A stretch of DNA of 64,000 nucleotides from Thermovibrio ammonificans HB-1 (GTDB lineage: Bacteria > Aquificota > Aquificia > Desulfurobacteriales > Desulfurobacteriaceae): the NCBI RefSeq assembly GCF_000185805.1, contig NC_014926.1, positions 264,418 through 328,417 on the forward strand. The letters are read 5' to 3'. Within the stretch, counting starts at the first letter, position 1, and every line of letters starts with the position of its first letter. The position numbers were made by a program, and so were the translations under genes. Below the pieces are notes generated by a model. It made no database searches. It was not told the origin of the DNA and was given only the letters and a program-made list of their open reading frames with translations. Of this stretch, positions 1 through 8,701 are shown in pieces.

Positions 1-192
1 CGTCGCCGCGTTTAGTTAGGCGGCGAGAGCGAGTGTTTCGTCGGCAACTATTTTGGGTGCCTTTTTTACGAGGTTGGCGCCTCGGCCTGCCACTACCTGA
101 ACCTCTGCACCCCCGTCGAAACCGTTCACCCCCGTATTCAACTGTCCAGCACTATAATATAGGCCTGCACACAAAGAGGGCAACCGTTGAAA

Positions 193-1077
193 CTATTGAT
201 AGTCAAACTCTTCTAATATCCACTGCCTCCAATCGGTGCCGATTCTTCCCTTCCTCCTGTAGCGCTCCATAAGCTTGGGGCAGTGGCAGGTTCGCTCTAA
301 CCTGTAGAGCTTCTCCACGCAGAGCTTCACAACCTCCGGGAACCTTCTAACCGCCTGGTTCACCCTCTCCATCTCCTCTCCCGACACCATACCCTCAAAG
401 AGCTCTCCCTCCTTGAATGCTGCTTCCTTTACCCCTTCGGCAAAGTTGGTAACGTAGCACACTGCCCCGTAGCACATCTCGAGCTCCTTTGCCAGGAAAA
501 CCTCCGGAACGAGCGTCATACCCACAAGCTCTCCTCCCAGCCTCTCCATTGCCCTTATCTCGGCAGGGGTTTCGAGCCTGGGCCCTTCGGTACAGCAGTA
601 AACGCCTCCGTCGTGGACGGTCTCCTTTAACTCCTTTAAACTCTCCAGCAGACACTCCCTCACCTGCGGGCAGAAAACGGGGCTCTGCCTTACAAACCCC
701 AAGCCCCCGTTCTCGAAAAAGGTGGTCTTCCTGCCCTTTGTAAAGTCCAGAATGTCGTGGGGTACAACAAACTCCCCGGGTTTAAGGTCCCTTTTCAGCG
801 AGCCGGGGCCCGTCCAGGCGATAACCCTTTCTGCCCCGAGCTCCTTAGCTCCGTATATGTTGGCCCTGTAGTTCACGAAGGGGGCGGTTTTCGTGTAGTC
901 CCGCTCGCCGTGCCTCGAGAGAAACAGATACTCGAATCCGTTAGGGTGCTTTATGGTGTAAATCGGGTTGCTCAGCCCGAAGGGAGTCTCCACCCTTTTA
1001 ACGCCGACTACCTCTCCGAACTCCCCTTTCTCCAGCGTATAGGCGCCGCTTCCCCCTATTACCAGAACCTTACCCAC
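193..1077 (-). CDS. mtnP: 5'-methylthioadenosine / purine nucleoside phosphorylase
   Basis: N-terminus MGKVLVIGGSGAY and a PNP/MTAP-family body. GTG start preceded by AAGGAG. About 294 aa. Confidence 0.75.
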   Translation of the reverse strand: MGKVLVIGGSGAYTLEKGEFGEVVGVKRVETPFGLSNPIYTIKHPNGFEYLFLSRHGERDYTKTAPFVNYRANIYGAKELGAERVIAWTGPGSLKRDLKPGEFVVPHDILDFTKGRKTTFFENGGLGFVRQSPVFCPQVRECLLESLKELKETVHDGGVYCCTEGPRLETPAEIRAMERLGGELVGMTLVPEVFLAKELEMCYGAVCYVTNFAEGVKEAAFKEGELFEGMVSGEEMERVNQAVRRFPEVVKLCVEKLYRLERTCHCPKLMERYRRKGRIGTDWRQWILEEFDYQ

Positions 1078-1564
1078 GGTTTCTCCTTATGGGCGGTGGT
1101 GTTATCCTGTGGAGCTTGAAGCGCTCCGAGGCGAGCTCCTTTACCCAGTCGAGCTCGGAGCGGAAGCGCTGAACGAACGGGTCTATGGAGATTCCCCCCC
1201 GGGGGTTGAACTCTCCGTAAACCTCCAGGTAAAAGGGCTCGAGCAGGTTGAAGAGGTCGTCGGCTATTCGGTTCACTACATCTTCGTGGAAGTCTCTTGC
1301 GTCCCTGAAGGAAAAGAGGTATAGCTTCAGCGACTTGCTCTCAACCAGCCACCTATCCGGGATGTACTGGATGTAAATGGTTGCAAAGTCGGGCTGACCC
1401 GTTATCGGGCACAGGGTTGTAAACTCCGGGCAGTTGAACGACACCCAGTAGAAGCGGTCGGGAAACCTGTTGGGGAACCTCTCAAGGAGCTGGGGGCTGT
1501 ATTTGAAGGTGTACTCGGTTTTCCTGCCGAGCTTAGAGATGTTGCCAAAATCCTTCCTCTCCAA
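1070..1564 (-). CDS. queF: NADPH-dependent 7-cyano-7-deazaguanine (preQ0) reductase
   Basis: Diagnostic QueF motif CPEFTTLCPITGQPDF. TTG start. 164 aa. Confidence 0.8.
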   Translation of the reverse strand: MERKDFGNISKLGRKTEYTFKYSPQLLERFPNRFPDRFYWVSFNCPEFTTLCPITGQPDFATIYIQYIPDRWLVESKSLKLYLFSFRDARDFHEDVVNRIADDLFNLLEPFYLEVYGEFNPRGGISIDPFVQRFRSELDWVKELASERFKLHRITPPPIRRNRG

Positions 1565-1640
1565 AGTTCCTCCGGAAACTGTTTGACTCCATTGTAACCG
1601 AAGGGGAGGGTTTGAGGAGTGAATCTAAGTTCGGAAAGAG

Positions 1641-1668
1641 GGGGCAGCCTTTTGCTGCCCCTTTCTCC
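1641..1668. terminator. GC-rich hairpin GGGGCAGC-CTTTT-GCTGCCCC followed by TTTCTCC; possible terminator downstream of tRNA-Glu
   Basis: Perfect 8-bp stem seen in the sequence. The T-tract is weak, and the orientation relative to neighbouring genes is ambiguous. Confidence 0.3.
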
Positions 1669-1743
1669 ATAAAGGGGAGGGAGGGGGAAAAGGGGGGATT
1701 ATGAAGACTATCTCAAATCCACCCTTTTACGCGTCTGAAGAAG

Positions 1744-1823
<80 letters not shown>

Positions 1824-1964
1824 TTCTAACTTGCGCACTGCAGAATATAGGCTCTTTAGCCGGATGTGTCAACTTTCCGGCTAAAAATTTCTCCACTTGA
1901 CAAAACGGGGAGTTGAATGTAAATATTGGCTGCTTTCCCGCAAACACCACTAAGGAGGTAGTAG

Positions 1965-2564
1965 ATGAAAGTAGTAGAGGTGAAGGCTACCCGAAGGGAG
2001 AAGACCGGGAAAGAGGTAGCCAAGAAGCTGCGCAGGGAAGGCCTTCTTCCTGCCGTTATCTACGGTGGGGGAAGACCGGAAGCCACACCGATTGCCATTC
2101 CCGCCAAAGAGGTGCGCCGCATCAAGCACCACCACGGCCTCATCAAGGTGGACCTGGGCGACGAAGAGAGGATGTGCATCCTCAAGGACATCCAGTACAA
2201 CTGGCTCGGCGACGTTCCCATTCACGTCGACTTCCAGGAAGTTACCTTCGGTGAGACCCTCGAAGTTGTAGTTGAGCTTGAGTTCGTGGGAACTCCCGTC
2301 GGTGTTTCCGAAGAGGGCGGTGTTCTCGAAATCCTCAAGCGTGAAGTTGCAATCGAGACCCTTCCCAGGGAGATTCCCGAGAAAATCGTTGTTGACATCT
2401 CCAACCTTCACGCAGGAGACGCTCTCCACGTGAAAGACCTGCCCCTGCCCGAGGGTGCCAAGTTCGTAGACAGCCCCGACGAAACGGTTGTTGTTGTAAC
2501 CGAGCCTGAAGCTCAGCCCGAAGAGGCAGAAGAGGAAGCTTCCGAGGAGGCTAAGGAAGAGTAA
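1965..2564 (+). CDS. rplY: 50S ribosomal protein L25 / general stress protein Ctc
   Basis: L25/Ctc family N-terminus with an acidic C-terminal tail. AGGAGG RBS. Confidence 0.85.
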   Translation: MKVVEVKATRREKTGKEVAKKLRREGLLPAVIYGGGRPEATPIAIPAKEVRRIKHHHGLIKVDLGDEERMCILKDIQYNWLGDVPIHVDFQEVTFGETLEVVVELEFVGTPVGVSEEGGVLEILKREVAIETLPREIPEKIVVDISNLHAGDALHVKDLPLPEGAKFVDSPDETVVVVTEPEAQPEEAEEEASEEAKEE

Positions 2565-3130
2565 TGGTGAAGCTCGTCGTGGGCCTCGGAAACCCGGGAA
2601 GAGAGTATGAGAAGACCCGTCATAACGTCGGCTGGATGGTCCTCGACAGGCTTGCCGATAAGCTGGGGGTCTCTCTGAACCGGGAGAAGTTTAAGGGCCT
2701 TTACGGCGAGTATAGGGGTGAAAACGGTAAAGTTATACTGCTTAAGCCCTTAACCTACATGAACAGGAGCGGTGAGAGCGTATCCCAGTTCCTCCGCTAC
2801 TTTAAAATCGCCCCCGAGGAGATGGTTGTCGTTTACGACGACCTCGACCTTCCCCTTGGGAAGCTCCGCTTGAAGCCCAAAGGCAGCAGCGGAGGCCACA
2901 GGGGGGTAGAGTCGATAATACGGGAGCTCGGGACGTCCAACTTTCCCAGGCTAAAAGTTGGAATAGGAAGGCCGGCCAGGAAGGAGGAGGTTGTAGATTA
3001 CGTCCTCTCCCCCTTTGGCAGAGAGCAGTGGCCGGCAATCGAGGAGGCCGTTGATAGGGCTTCCGACTGCCTGAACCTTTTAATAAGCGGAGAGCCGCTC
3101 CAAACGGTAGCATCAAAATGCAACAGTTAG
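2564..3130 (+). CDS. pth: peptidyl-tRNA hydrolase
   Basis: N-terminus MVKLVVGLGNPGREYEKTRHNVGW is the classic Pth start. Start overlaps the rplY stop. Confidence 0.9.
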   Translation: MVKLVVGLGNPGREYEKTRHNVGWMVLDRLADKLGVSLNREKFKGLYGEYRGENGKVILLKPLTYMNRSGESVSQFLRYFKIAPEEMVVVYDDLDLPLGKLRLKPKGSSGGHRGVESIIRELGTSNFPRLKVGIGRPARKEEVVDYVLSPFGREQWPAIEEAVDRASDCLNLLISGEPLQTVASKCNS

Positions 3131-3140
3131 GGAGGTAAAG

Positions 3141-3521
3141 ATGAGGGAGTACTACTACGAGATGGTTTACATACTCAGGCCCACAATGAGCGACGAAGAG
3201 ACAAACGCCGCCATAGAGAAGGTAAACTCCTACGTTGAGAGGTACGGCGGAGAGGTCCTCAAGGTAGACAAGTGGGGTAAGAGGCAGCTTGCATACCCCA
3301 TTAACGACTACGACAAAGGCTTTTACGTCCTTGAGTACATAAGGACCGACAAGAGGGACTTCGTTAGGAATATGGAGAACTTCTTTAGAATTAACGAAGA
3401 CGTTATAAGGTTCCTCCTCTTCAGGCTGAAGCCTTCAGAGGTTAAGGAGTTGAAGGAGAAGCTCGGTAAGAAAGAGGAGGCTGTAGCAGCTTCCTCCGAA
3501 GAGAATAAGGGAGAAGAGTAA
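3141..3521 (+). CDS. rpsF: 30S ribosomal protein S6
   Basis: S6 family N-terminus. Lies in the conserved rpsF-ssb-rpsR cluster. Confidence 0.9.
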   Translation: MREYYYEMVYILRPTMSDEETNAAIEKVNSYVERYGGEVLKVDKWGKRQLAYPINDYDKGFYVLEYIRTDKRDFVRNMENFFRINEDVIRFLLFRLKPSEVKELKEKLGKKEEAVAASSEENKGEE

Positions 3522-3898
3522 TGCTCAACAGGGTTTTGCTTATCGGTCGCCTCGTTGCCGACCCTCAGCTGCAGCACACCCAAGGGGGAACCCCTTTCAC
3601 CAGGTTCAGGATTGCCGTTAACAGGCCTTACCGGGACCGGAACGGCAACTGGCAGGAGGATACCCTCTTCATCGACGTAGTTGTTTGGGGTGATGCTGCA
3701 GACAGAATTGTGAGCAGAATCTCTAAGGGTAACAGGGTCTTCGTTGAGGGAAGCCTCAGGCAGTCTTCCTGGGAGACCGAGTCCGGAGAGAAGCGCAGCC
3801 GTATAGAGGTTCGCGCCGATAGGGTTTTAGCCCTCGACCCCCGTTCAAGGGAGCAGGAAGGGGGTCTTGAAGAGATTAACGACGATATCGAATTCTAA
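3521..3898 (+). CDS. ssb: single-stranded DNA-binding protein
   Basis: OB-fold SSB sequence with an acidic C-terminal tail ending DDIEF. Confidence 0.85.
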   Translation: MLNRVLLIGRLVADPQLQHTQGGTPFTRFRIAVNRPYRDRNGNWQEDTLFIDVVVWGDAADRIVSRISKGNRVFVEGSLRQSSWETESGEKRSRIEVRADRVLALDPRSREQEGGLEEINDDIEF

Positions 3899-3913
3899 TT
3901 GGGAGGTAAGAGG

Positions 3914-4156
3914 ATGAGTAACGGACTTCCTCAGAGGCGTTTTGTTAGGAGGAGGAAATACTGTAAGTTCTGTGCTGAGAAGATAGAGAGGATTGACTAT
4001 AAAAACGTTGAGCTTCTCAAGTCCTTCATCTCCGAGAGGGGTAGGATAATCCCCAGGAGGATTTCCGGCGTCTGCTCCAAGCACCAGAGGCAGCTTGCAA
4101 GGGCCGTAAAGAGGGCAAGGCACCTTGCTCTCCTTCCATTTGTTAAGATGGACTAA
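3914..4156 (+). CDS. rpsR: 30S ribosomal protein S18
   Basis: S18 family sequence. The ATG at 3914 follows a GGGAGG RBS. The six-frame ORF track extends 5 codons upstream from a TTG. Confidence 0.9.
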   Translation: MSNGLPQRRFVRRRKYCKFCAEKIERIDYKNVELLKSFISERGRIIPRRISGVCSKHQRQLARAVKRARHLALLPFVKMD

Positions 4157-4160
4157 GGAG

Positions 4161-4961
4161 ATGGCAGGGGAGAGAAGGCCTTTTTTCGTTTACCTGCTTG
4201 TTCTTTCCGGAGCCGGAGTGCTTTATCAGAGCCCGGCCCTGGCACCTACAGGGCTGGGGCTTTCTCTTTTCGTTCCGGCCCTTTTCAACCTGGCCTTAAG
4301 GGGCGTTTCACTGCCCGCTGTGCTCTTTGGGACGGCAGTTGTTGAGGTTCTGCTCGCCCTGTTGAATCCCCAGGTGGCCCTTGATGTGGGGTACTTTCCG
4401 TTTTTGGGCCTTCTCTTTTACCTGTTTAAGGAAAGGCCTGCCGCTGCGGTTCTGTCGGGTGCCGCTCTTCTCTTTGGGGGAAGCTTAATAGAGGAGCTTC
4501 TCTTTGGCCTCCCCAAGGAGGTTACCCAGTTTAAGGAGTTTATGGCCCTTAGGCTGGGTATTTACGCTTACACGGCCCTCCTTGTAAGCGTTGCGGCTTA
4601 CGGCTTAACCCTTCTGCTTGAAAGGCGGGGGGAGCTCTTCTTCAAGCTGAAGTTCGGCTTCTGGACTGCGGTTTTCTTTATCATTTCCGCCGCAGCCTCT
4701 CTGCTCCTTAAGGGGAGCGCTAAGGTTGTTTCCGAGAACTTCCTCATAGCTTCCCTCGGCTTTCTTACGGCTCAGGGAATACCGGTTTTCTTCCACTTCG
4801 TTAGGCGGTTTTCTCCCCTTATGAAGTTGATTATTTTCTTTGCGGTGCTAATTTTTCCACTGGGGTTTTTGGCCACGGCCCTTGTTTTGGGGCTTCTCGA
4901 TAACTGGTTCGACTTCAGAAAACTGAAAGGAGGTGAGGAAGATGGAAGTAATCCTGCTTAA
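4161..4961 (+). CDS. polytopic membrane protein (YybS/DUF2232-like position between rpsR and rplI)
   Basis: Multiple hydrophobic segments. ATG at 4161 follows AAGGAG. Genomic position matches the yybS-like gene of the rpsF-ssb-rpsR-rplI cluster. Confidence 0.45.
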   Translation: MAGERRPFFVYLLVLSGAGVLYQSPALAPTGLGLSLFVPALFNLALRGVSLPAVLFGTAVVEVLLALLNPQVALDVGYFPFLGLLFYLFKERPAAAVLSGAALLFGGSLIEELLFGLPKEVTQFKEFMALRLGIYAYTALLVSVAAYGLTLLLERRGELFFKLKFGFWTAVFFIISAAASLLLKGSAKVVSENFLIASLGFLTAQGIPVFFHFVRRFSPLMKLIIFFAVLIFPLGFLATALVLGLLDNWFDFRKLKGGEEDGSNPA

Positions 4962-5394
4962 GGATATGGAGAACCTCGGAAAGGTTGGCGACATAGTGAA
5001 GGTAAAGGACGGCTACGCAAGGAACTACCTTATACCTTCCGGCATAGCCCTTCCCGCTACAAAGTCTAACATCGCAAGGGTTAAGAACGAGCTTCAGTCC
5101 CTTAAGAAGAAGGCCGAGAGGCAGCTGGCCAGGTACAAGGAGCTTGCCGAGAAGCTCAACGCAACCCGCATCACAATTGAGCACGAGGCCGGAGAAGAGG
5201 GCAAGCTCTTTGGCTCCGTTACAACTTCCCAGATTGAAAAGGCCCTCCACCAAGCCGGCTTTGAGGATGTTGAGAAGAAGCAGATTATCCTTGAGAGGCC
5301 CATCAGGGAGACCGGAACTTACGAGGTTAAGATTCACCTCTTTAAAGACGTTGAGGCTACCGTAACGGTAGACGTTGTTCCCCTGAAGAAGTAA
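4942..5394 (+). CDS. rplI: 50S ribosomal protein L9
   Basis: Sequence MEVILLKDMENLGKVGDIVKVKDGYARNYLIP. AAGGAGG RBS. Confidence 0.9.
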   Translation: MEVILLKDMENLGKVGDIVKVKDGYARNYLIPSGIALPATKSNIARVKNELQSLKKKAERQLARYKELAEKLNATRITIEHEAGEEGKLFGSVTTSQIEKALHQAGFEDVEKKQIILERPIRETGTYEVKIHLFKDVEATVTVDVVPLKK

Positions 5395-5429
5395 CCAGCG
5401 GCCGTGGGCCCAACTTAAGGAGGTAGGCC

Positions 5430-5957
5430 ATGGAGTTTGTCGGAAGACACATTATGATGGACGCAACCGTAAGCGACATAAGCCGTATTAACGCAATTCA
5501 GCCGGTTTACGACTACATGGAGGAGCTGGCCAGGAAGCTCGATATGACCCTGGTCTACCCTCCTATTGTGGCCCGTTTCCCCTTTGCCCAGTCGGAGCTT
5601 GAGCAGTTCGTAAAGAAGCTCTCGGAGGAGAACGTTAAGAGCAGGACTCTCGAGTTTATGGAGGAGACCCTCAAGAGGAGGGCTACCGAAGACAGCGGCG
5701 TTTCGGGAGTCTCCATCTGGCTCGAGAGCCACTGCACAATCCACACCTGGCCCGAGGAGAAGTTCTTCAGCCTCGACGCCTACTCCTGTAAAGACTTTGA
5801 CCCTATGGTGGCCTTTGAGCTTACCGTTAAGTGGTTTAAGGTTGAGTACGCCTCCTTTGTAGACGTTGAGCGCTACATCGGAGGTCCGTGCATCATAAAG
5901 GCCTACGAGTACAAAGACGGCAAGCTCACCCCTTGTGAGCCCTCACTTGCCAAGTAA
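5430..5957 (+). CDS. speH: S-adenosylmethionine decarboxylase proenzyme, pyruvoyl-dependent (SpeH-type), with insertion
   Basis: Self-processing motif ESHCTIHTWPE. 175 aa, compared with roughly 125-130 aa for typical SpeH. Confidence 0.7.
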   Translation: MEFVGRHIMMDATVSDISRINAIQPVYDYMEELARKLDMTLVYPPIVARFPFAQSELEQFVKKLSEENVKSRTLEFMEETLKRRATEDSGVSGVSIWLESHCTIHTWPEEKFFSLDAYSCKDFDPMVAFELTVKWFKVEYASFVDVERYIGGPCIIKAYEYKDGKLTPCEPSLAK

Positions 5958-6782
5958 CTTTAACCCCAACTTATAGAGCTCACCCTTGGGGCGGCCGGTT
6001 ATCCTGGCCGCCTCCTTCGCAGCCTCCTTCAGTTTCATTCCCGACTCGAGCAGCTTCCTGAGGACCTCTTCCGGCTCCTCAACCCTCTCCCTACCGGGCG
6101 GAAAGAGTAAAACGAACTCCCCCTTTACCATTCCCCTCTCCCGCAGCTCCTTTAAAAGCTCTTCCGGTGTACCCTTCAGGAAGGCTTCGTTCACCTTCGT
6201 TATCTCTTTGAACAGGGCCACGGTTGCGTCGGGGTAGAGCTCCGACAGCAGCGTAAGGGTCTTCTCGAGGCGGTGGGGAGACTCGTAGGCAACCACCGTG
6301 TAGGGAAGCTCAACGGCTTCTTTCAGGGCCTCTTTTAGCTGCCCCTCCTTCCTCGGCAGGAAGCCTACAAACAGAAACCTGTCGGTGGGAAGGCCCGACG
6401 CAGATAGGGCCGCAGTTACCGCAGACGGCCCCGGAACGGGCGTAACCTCAATTCCCTCTTCCCGTGCCAGTTTAACAACCCTGTAGCCGGGGTCGCTTAT
6501 GCAAGGGGTTCCGGCGTCGCTTACAAGGGCGCAGGACTCGCCCCCCTTCAGCCTCTCAACTATCTCCTTTGCCGCCTGCTCCTCGTTGTGCTCGTGGTAG
6601 CTGAGAAGCTCTTTCCCCTCTATGCCGTAGTGCTTAAGGAGTTTTCTCGTCTGCCGTGTATCCTCGCAGGCTATAAAGTCGCAGCCTTTAAGAACTTCCA
6701 GCGCCCGGAGCGTTATGTCCTTTAGGTTCCCTATGGGAGTTGCTACAACGTATAGCCTTCCTACCCCCTTACCGCTATACAT
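5943..6782 (-). CDS. rsmI: 16S rRNA (cytidine1402-2'-O)-methyltransferase
   Basis: Motifs LYVVATPIGNLKDIT and CEDTR, an RsmI tetrapyrrole-methylase fold. Confidence 0.85.
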   Translation of the reverse strand: MYSGKGVGRLYVVATPIGNLKDITLRALEVLKGCDFIACEDTRQTRKLLKHYGIEGKELLSYHEHNEEQAAKEIVERLKGGESCALVSDAGTPCISDPGYRVVKLAREEGIEVTPVPGPSAVTAALSASGLPTDRFLFVGFLPRKEGQLKEALKEAVELPYTVVAYESPHRLEKTLTLLSELYPDATVALFKEITKVNEAFLKGTPEELLKELRERGMVKGEFVLLFPPGRERVEEPEEVLRKLLESGMKLKEAAKEAARITGRPKGELYKLGLKLLGK

Positions 6783-7141
6783 TCCACCTCTACACTTGCC
6801 CCTGCCGGAAGCCCTTTTACCTCTACCACCGCCCGCGTCGGCAGAACGGGGCAGCCCGAGAAGAACTCCCTGTAAACTTCGTTAAACTCTTTGAACCTAC
6901 TTATGTCGGTTGTGTAAACGGTTACCTTTACTATGCTGCACCTGCTCCCTCCGGCCGCCTCAACAACGGCCTTCAGGTTGTTGAGTGCCTGAAGGGCCTC
7001 CTCCCTGAACTCCTCCTTGAGCTTTCCCGTTTTAGGGTCTATCCCCAGCTGGCCCGATACAAAAATTAGGTTTCCGTAGAGGATTCCCTGGCTGTAGGGC
7101 CCAAGGGGAAGAGGGGCTTTGTCGGTTTTTATTACCTTCAT
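6761..7141 (-). CDS. ridA: RidA/YjgF family reactive-intermediate deaminase
   Basis: N-terminal APLPLGPYSQG with a C-terminal RidA signature. Confidence 0.85.
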   Translation of the reverse strand: MKVIKTDKAPLPLGPYSQGILYGNLIFVSGQLGIDPKTGKLKEEFREEALQALNNLKAVVEAAGGSRCSIVKVTVYTTDISRFKEFNEVYREFFSGCPVLPTRAVVEVKGLPAGASVEVECIAVRG

Positions 7142-7237
7142 TGGAGCTCCGACGTGTTGAATTGAGACATAAATAATTATAGATTAATGCTCGCTAAATT
7201 TAAAGTTTTTATTCCACTTGTTTTATATTATTAATAG

Positions 7238-7266
7238 TTGCACAAAATTGAAGTTTACTATAAAAT
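7238..7266 (+). promoter_or_regulatory. sigma70-like promoter TTGCAC-N17-TATAAAAT upstream of arsR-accD
   Basis: Near-consensus -35 and -10 hexamers with a 17-bp spacer, in the AT-rich divergent region between ridA and arsR. Confidence 0.35.
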
Positions 7267-7294
7267 CTTTAGTAAAGATTCTGTGGGAGGCGGT

Positions 7295-7609
7295 ATGGCG
7301 GAGAAGAAGGAGAACATTATCCTCGACGACGACAGGATTGAAGAGGGCGCTGAGTGCCTGAAGGCTCTGGCATCTCCTGTGAGGCTAAAAATCCTCTTTA
7401 CGCTTAAAGACAAACCCATGTGCGTTACCGACCTTGAGCAGGAGCTCGGCATCTCCCAGTCTTCACTCTCTCAGCACCTGAGGACCCTGCGTTACAAGGG
7501 AATCGTTGCCAAAACCCGTAAGGGGAATAAAGTTTACTATACGATTTCTTCCGAGGCCTTCAGGGAGCTTCTGAACCTGCTCCCTCAGATAGCCTGCTTC
7601 AGGGGATAG
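7295..7609 (+). CDS. ArsR/SmtB-family transcriptional regulator
   Basis: HTH segment CVTDLEQELGISQSSLSQHLRTLRYKGIV. The ATG at 7295 follows GGGAGG. The six-frame ORF track extends upstream into the promoter. Confidence 0.75.
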   Translation: MAEKKENIILDDDRIEEGAECLKALASPVRLKILFTLKDKPMCVTDLEQELGISQSSLSQHLRTLRYKGIVAKTRKGNKVYYTISSEAFRELLNLLPQIACFRG

Positions 7610-7612
7610 TAG

Positions 7613-8452
7613 ATGTTAGACCGGCTCTTTAAGAGGAGGCGTCCGGAGCAGAAAGGGCAGCTTCAGCTTCCCTCGGGTTTGTGGGTAAAGTGTGAGGAGT
7701 GTAAGGCTCTCCTCTTTAAGGGGGAGCTTGAGAACGCCCAGTGGGTCTGTCCTAAGTGCGGCTACCACTTTCCGGTGCCGGCAAGGGACAGGCTCTACAT
7801 GCTGTTTGACAACGGGGACTTTCAGGAGCTTGACGCCGACCTTGAGCCGGTAGACTACCTCTCTTTTAAAGACCGTAAGCCCTACACTCAGCGGATAGAG
7901 GAAGCCCAGAAGAAAACGGGCCTTAAAGACTCCGTTGTTAACGCCAGGGGCAGAATAGACGGTAAAGAGGCCCTTGTAAGCTGCTTCGATTTCCGGTTTA
8001 TGGGCGGCAGTATGGGCTCGGTGGCCGGCGAGAAGGTAACGAGAAACATAGAAAGGGCTGCCGAAGAGGGTATCCCCTTCATCTGCATCACCGCCTCCGG
8101 CGGGGCGAGGATGCAGGAGGGGATAATCTCCCTTATGCAGATGGCTAAAACCTCGGCGGCCCTTGCACGTCTTGAGGAAAGGGGGGTGCCTTTTATATCG
8201 GTCCTCACCCATCCAACAATGGGTGGGGTGTCGGCAAGCTTTGCCTTTCTTGGAGACGTGATTATTGCAGAGCCTAAGGCTCTTATAGGTTTCGCCGGCC
8301 CCCGAGTTATTGAACAGACGATAAGACAGAAGCTCCCCAAAGGGTTCCAGAGGGCGGAGTTCCTCCTGGAGCACGGCCTTATAGATATGGTTGTGGAGAG
8401 GCCGAAGCTGAAGGGAGTTCTCTCTAAGCTGATAACTCTTCTCGGAGGCTAA
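7613..8452 (+). CDS. accD: acetyl-CoA carboxylase carboxyltransferase beta subunit
   Basis: N-terminal CxxC...CxxC zinc ribbon (CEECKALL...CPKCGYHF) followed by a carboxyltransferase domain. Confidence 0.9.
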   Translation: MLDRLFKRRRPEQKGQLQLPSGLWVKCEECKALLFKGELENAQWVCPKCGYHFPVPARDRLYMLFDNGDFQELDADLEPVDYLSFKDRKPYTQRIEEAQKKTGLKDSVVNARGRIDGKEALVSCFDFRFMGGSMGSVAGEKVTRNIERAAEEGIPFICITASGGARMQEGIISLMQMAKTSAALARLEERGVPFISVLTHPTMGGVSASFAFLGDVIIAEPKALIGFAGPRVIEQTIRQKLPKGFQRAEFLLEHGLIDMVVERPKLKGVLSKLITLLGG

Positions 8453-8453
8453 G

Positions 8454-8693
8454 GTGGCTTCTACCAAGGCGGAGAGACTTGCAAGGACAATCGTTGCAGA
8501 CTTTTTCCTCTACAACCAGGATAAGATAGATAAGGGCCTTTTGAACGATAACCTCTTTGAGCTCCTTAAGGGCGAGATAGAGGACTCCGTTGCCTTCTAC
8601 AAGGAGAACGCAGGCGGAAACCTTACCCTCTTTTGGGATAACCTCTTCAACAAGCTCATGCAGAGAGAAGCGAAACTCCTGGAGAGCCGTTAA
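8454..8693 (+). CDS. hypothetical small protein
   Basis: 79-aa ORF with a GTG start, tightly packed between accD and mfd. No recognisable motif. Confidence 0.35.
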   Translation: MASTKAERLARTIVADFFLYNQDKIDKGLLNDNLFELLKGEIEDSVAFYKENAGGNLTLFWDNLFNKLMQREAKLLESR

Positions 8694-8701
8694 AGGTTTA
8701 G

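Noticed and set aside
33-272. 79-aa plus-strand ORF at the window start.
   Set aside because: Overlaps the mtnP 3' end on the opposite strand. Arg/Pro-rich GC-frame artefact.
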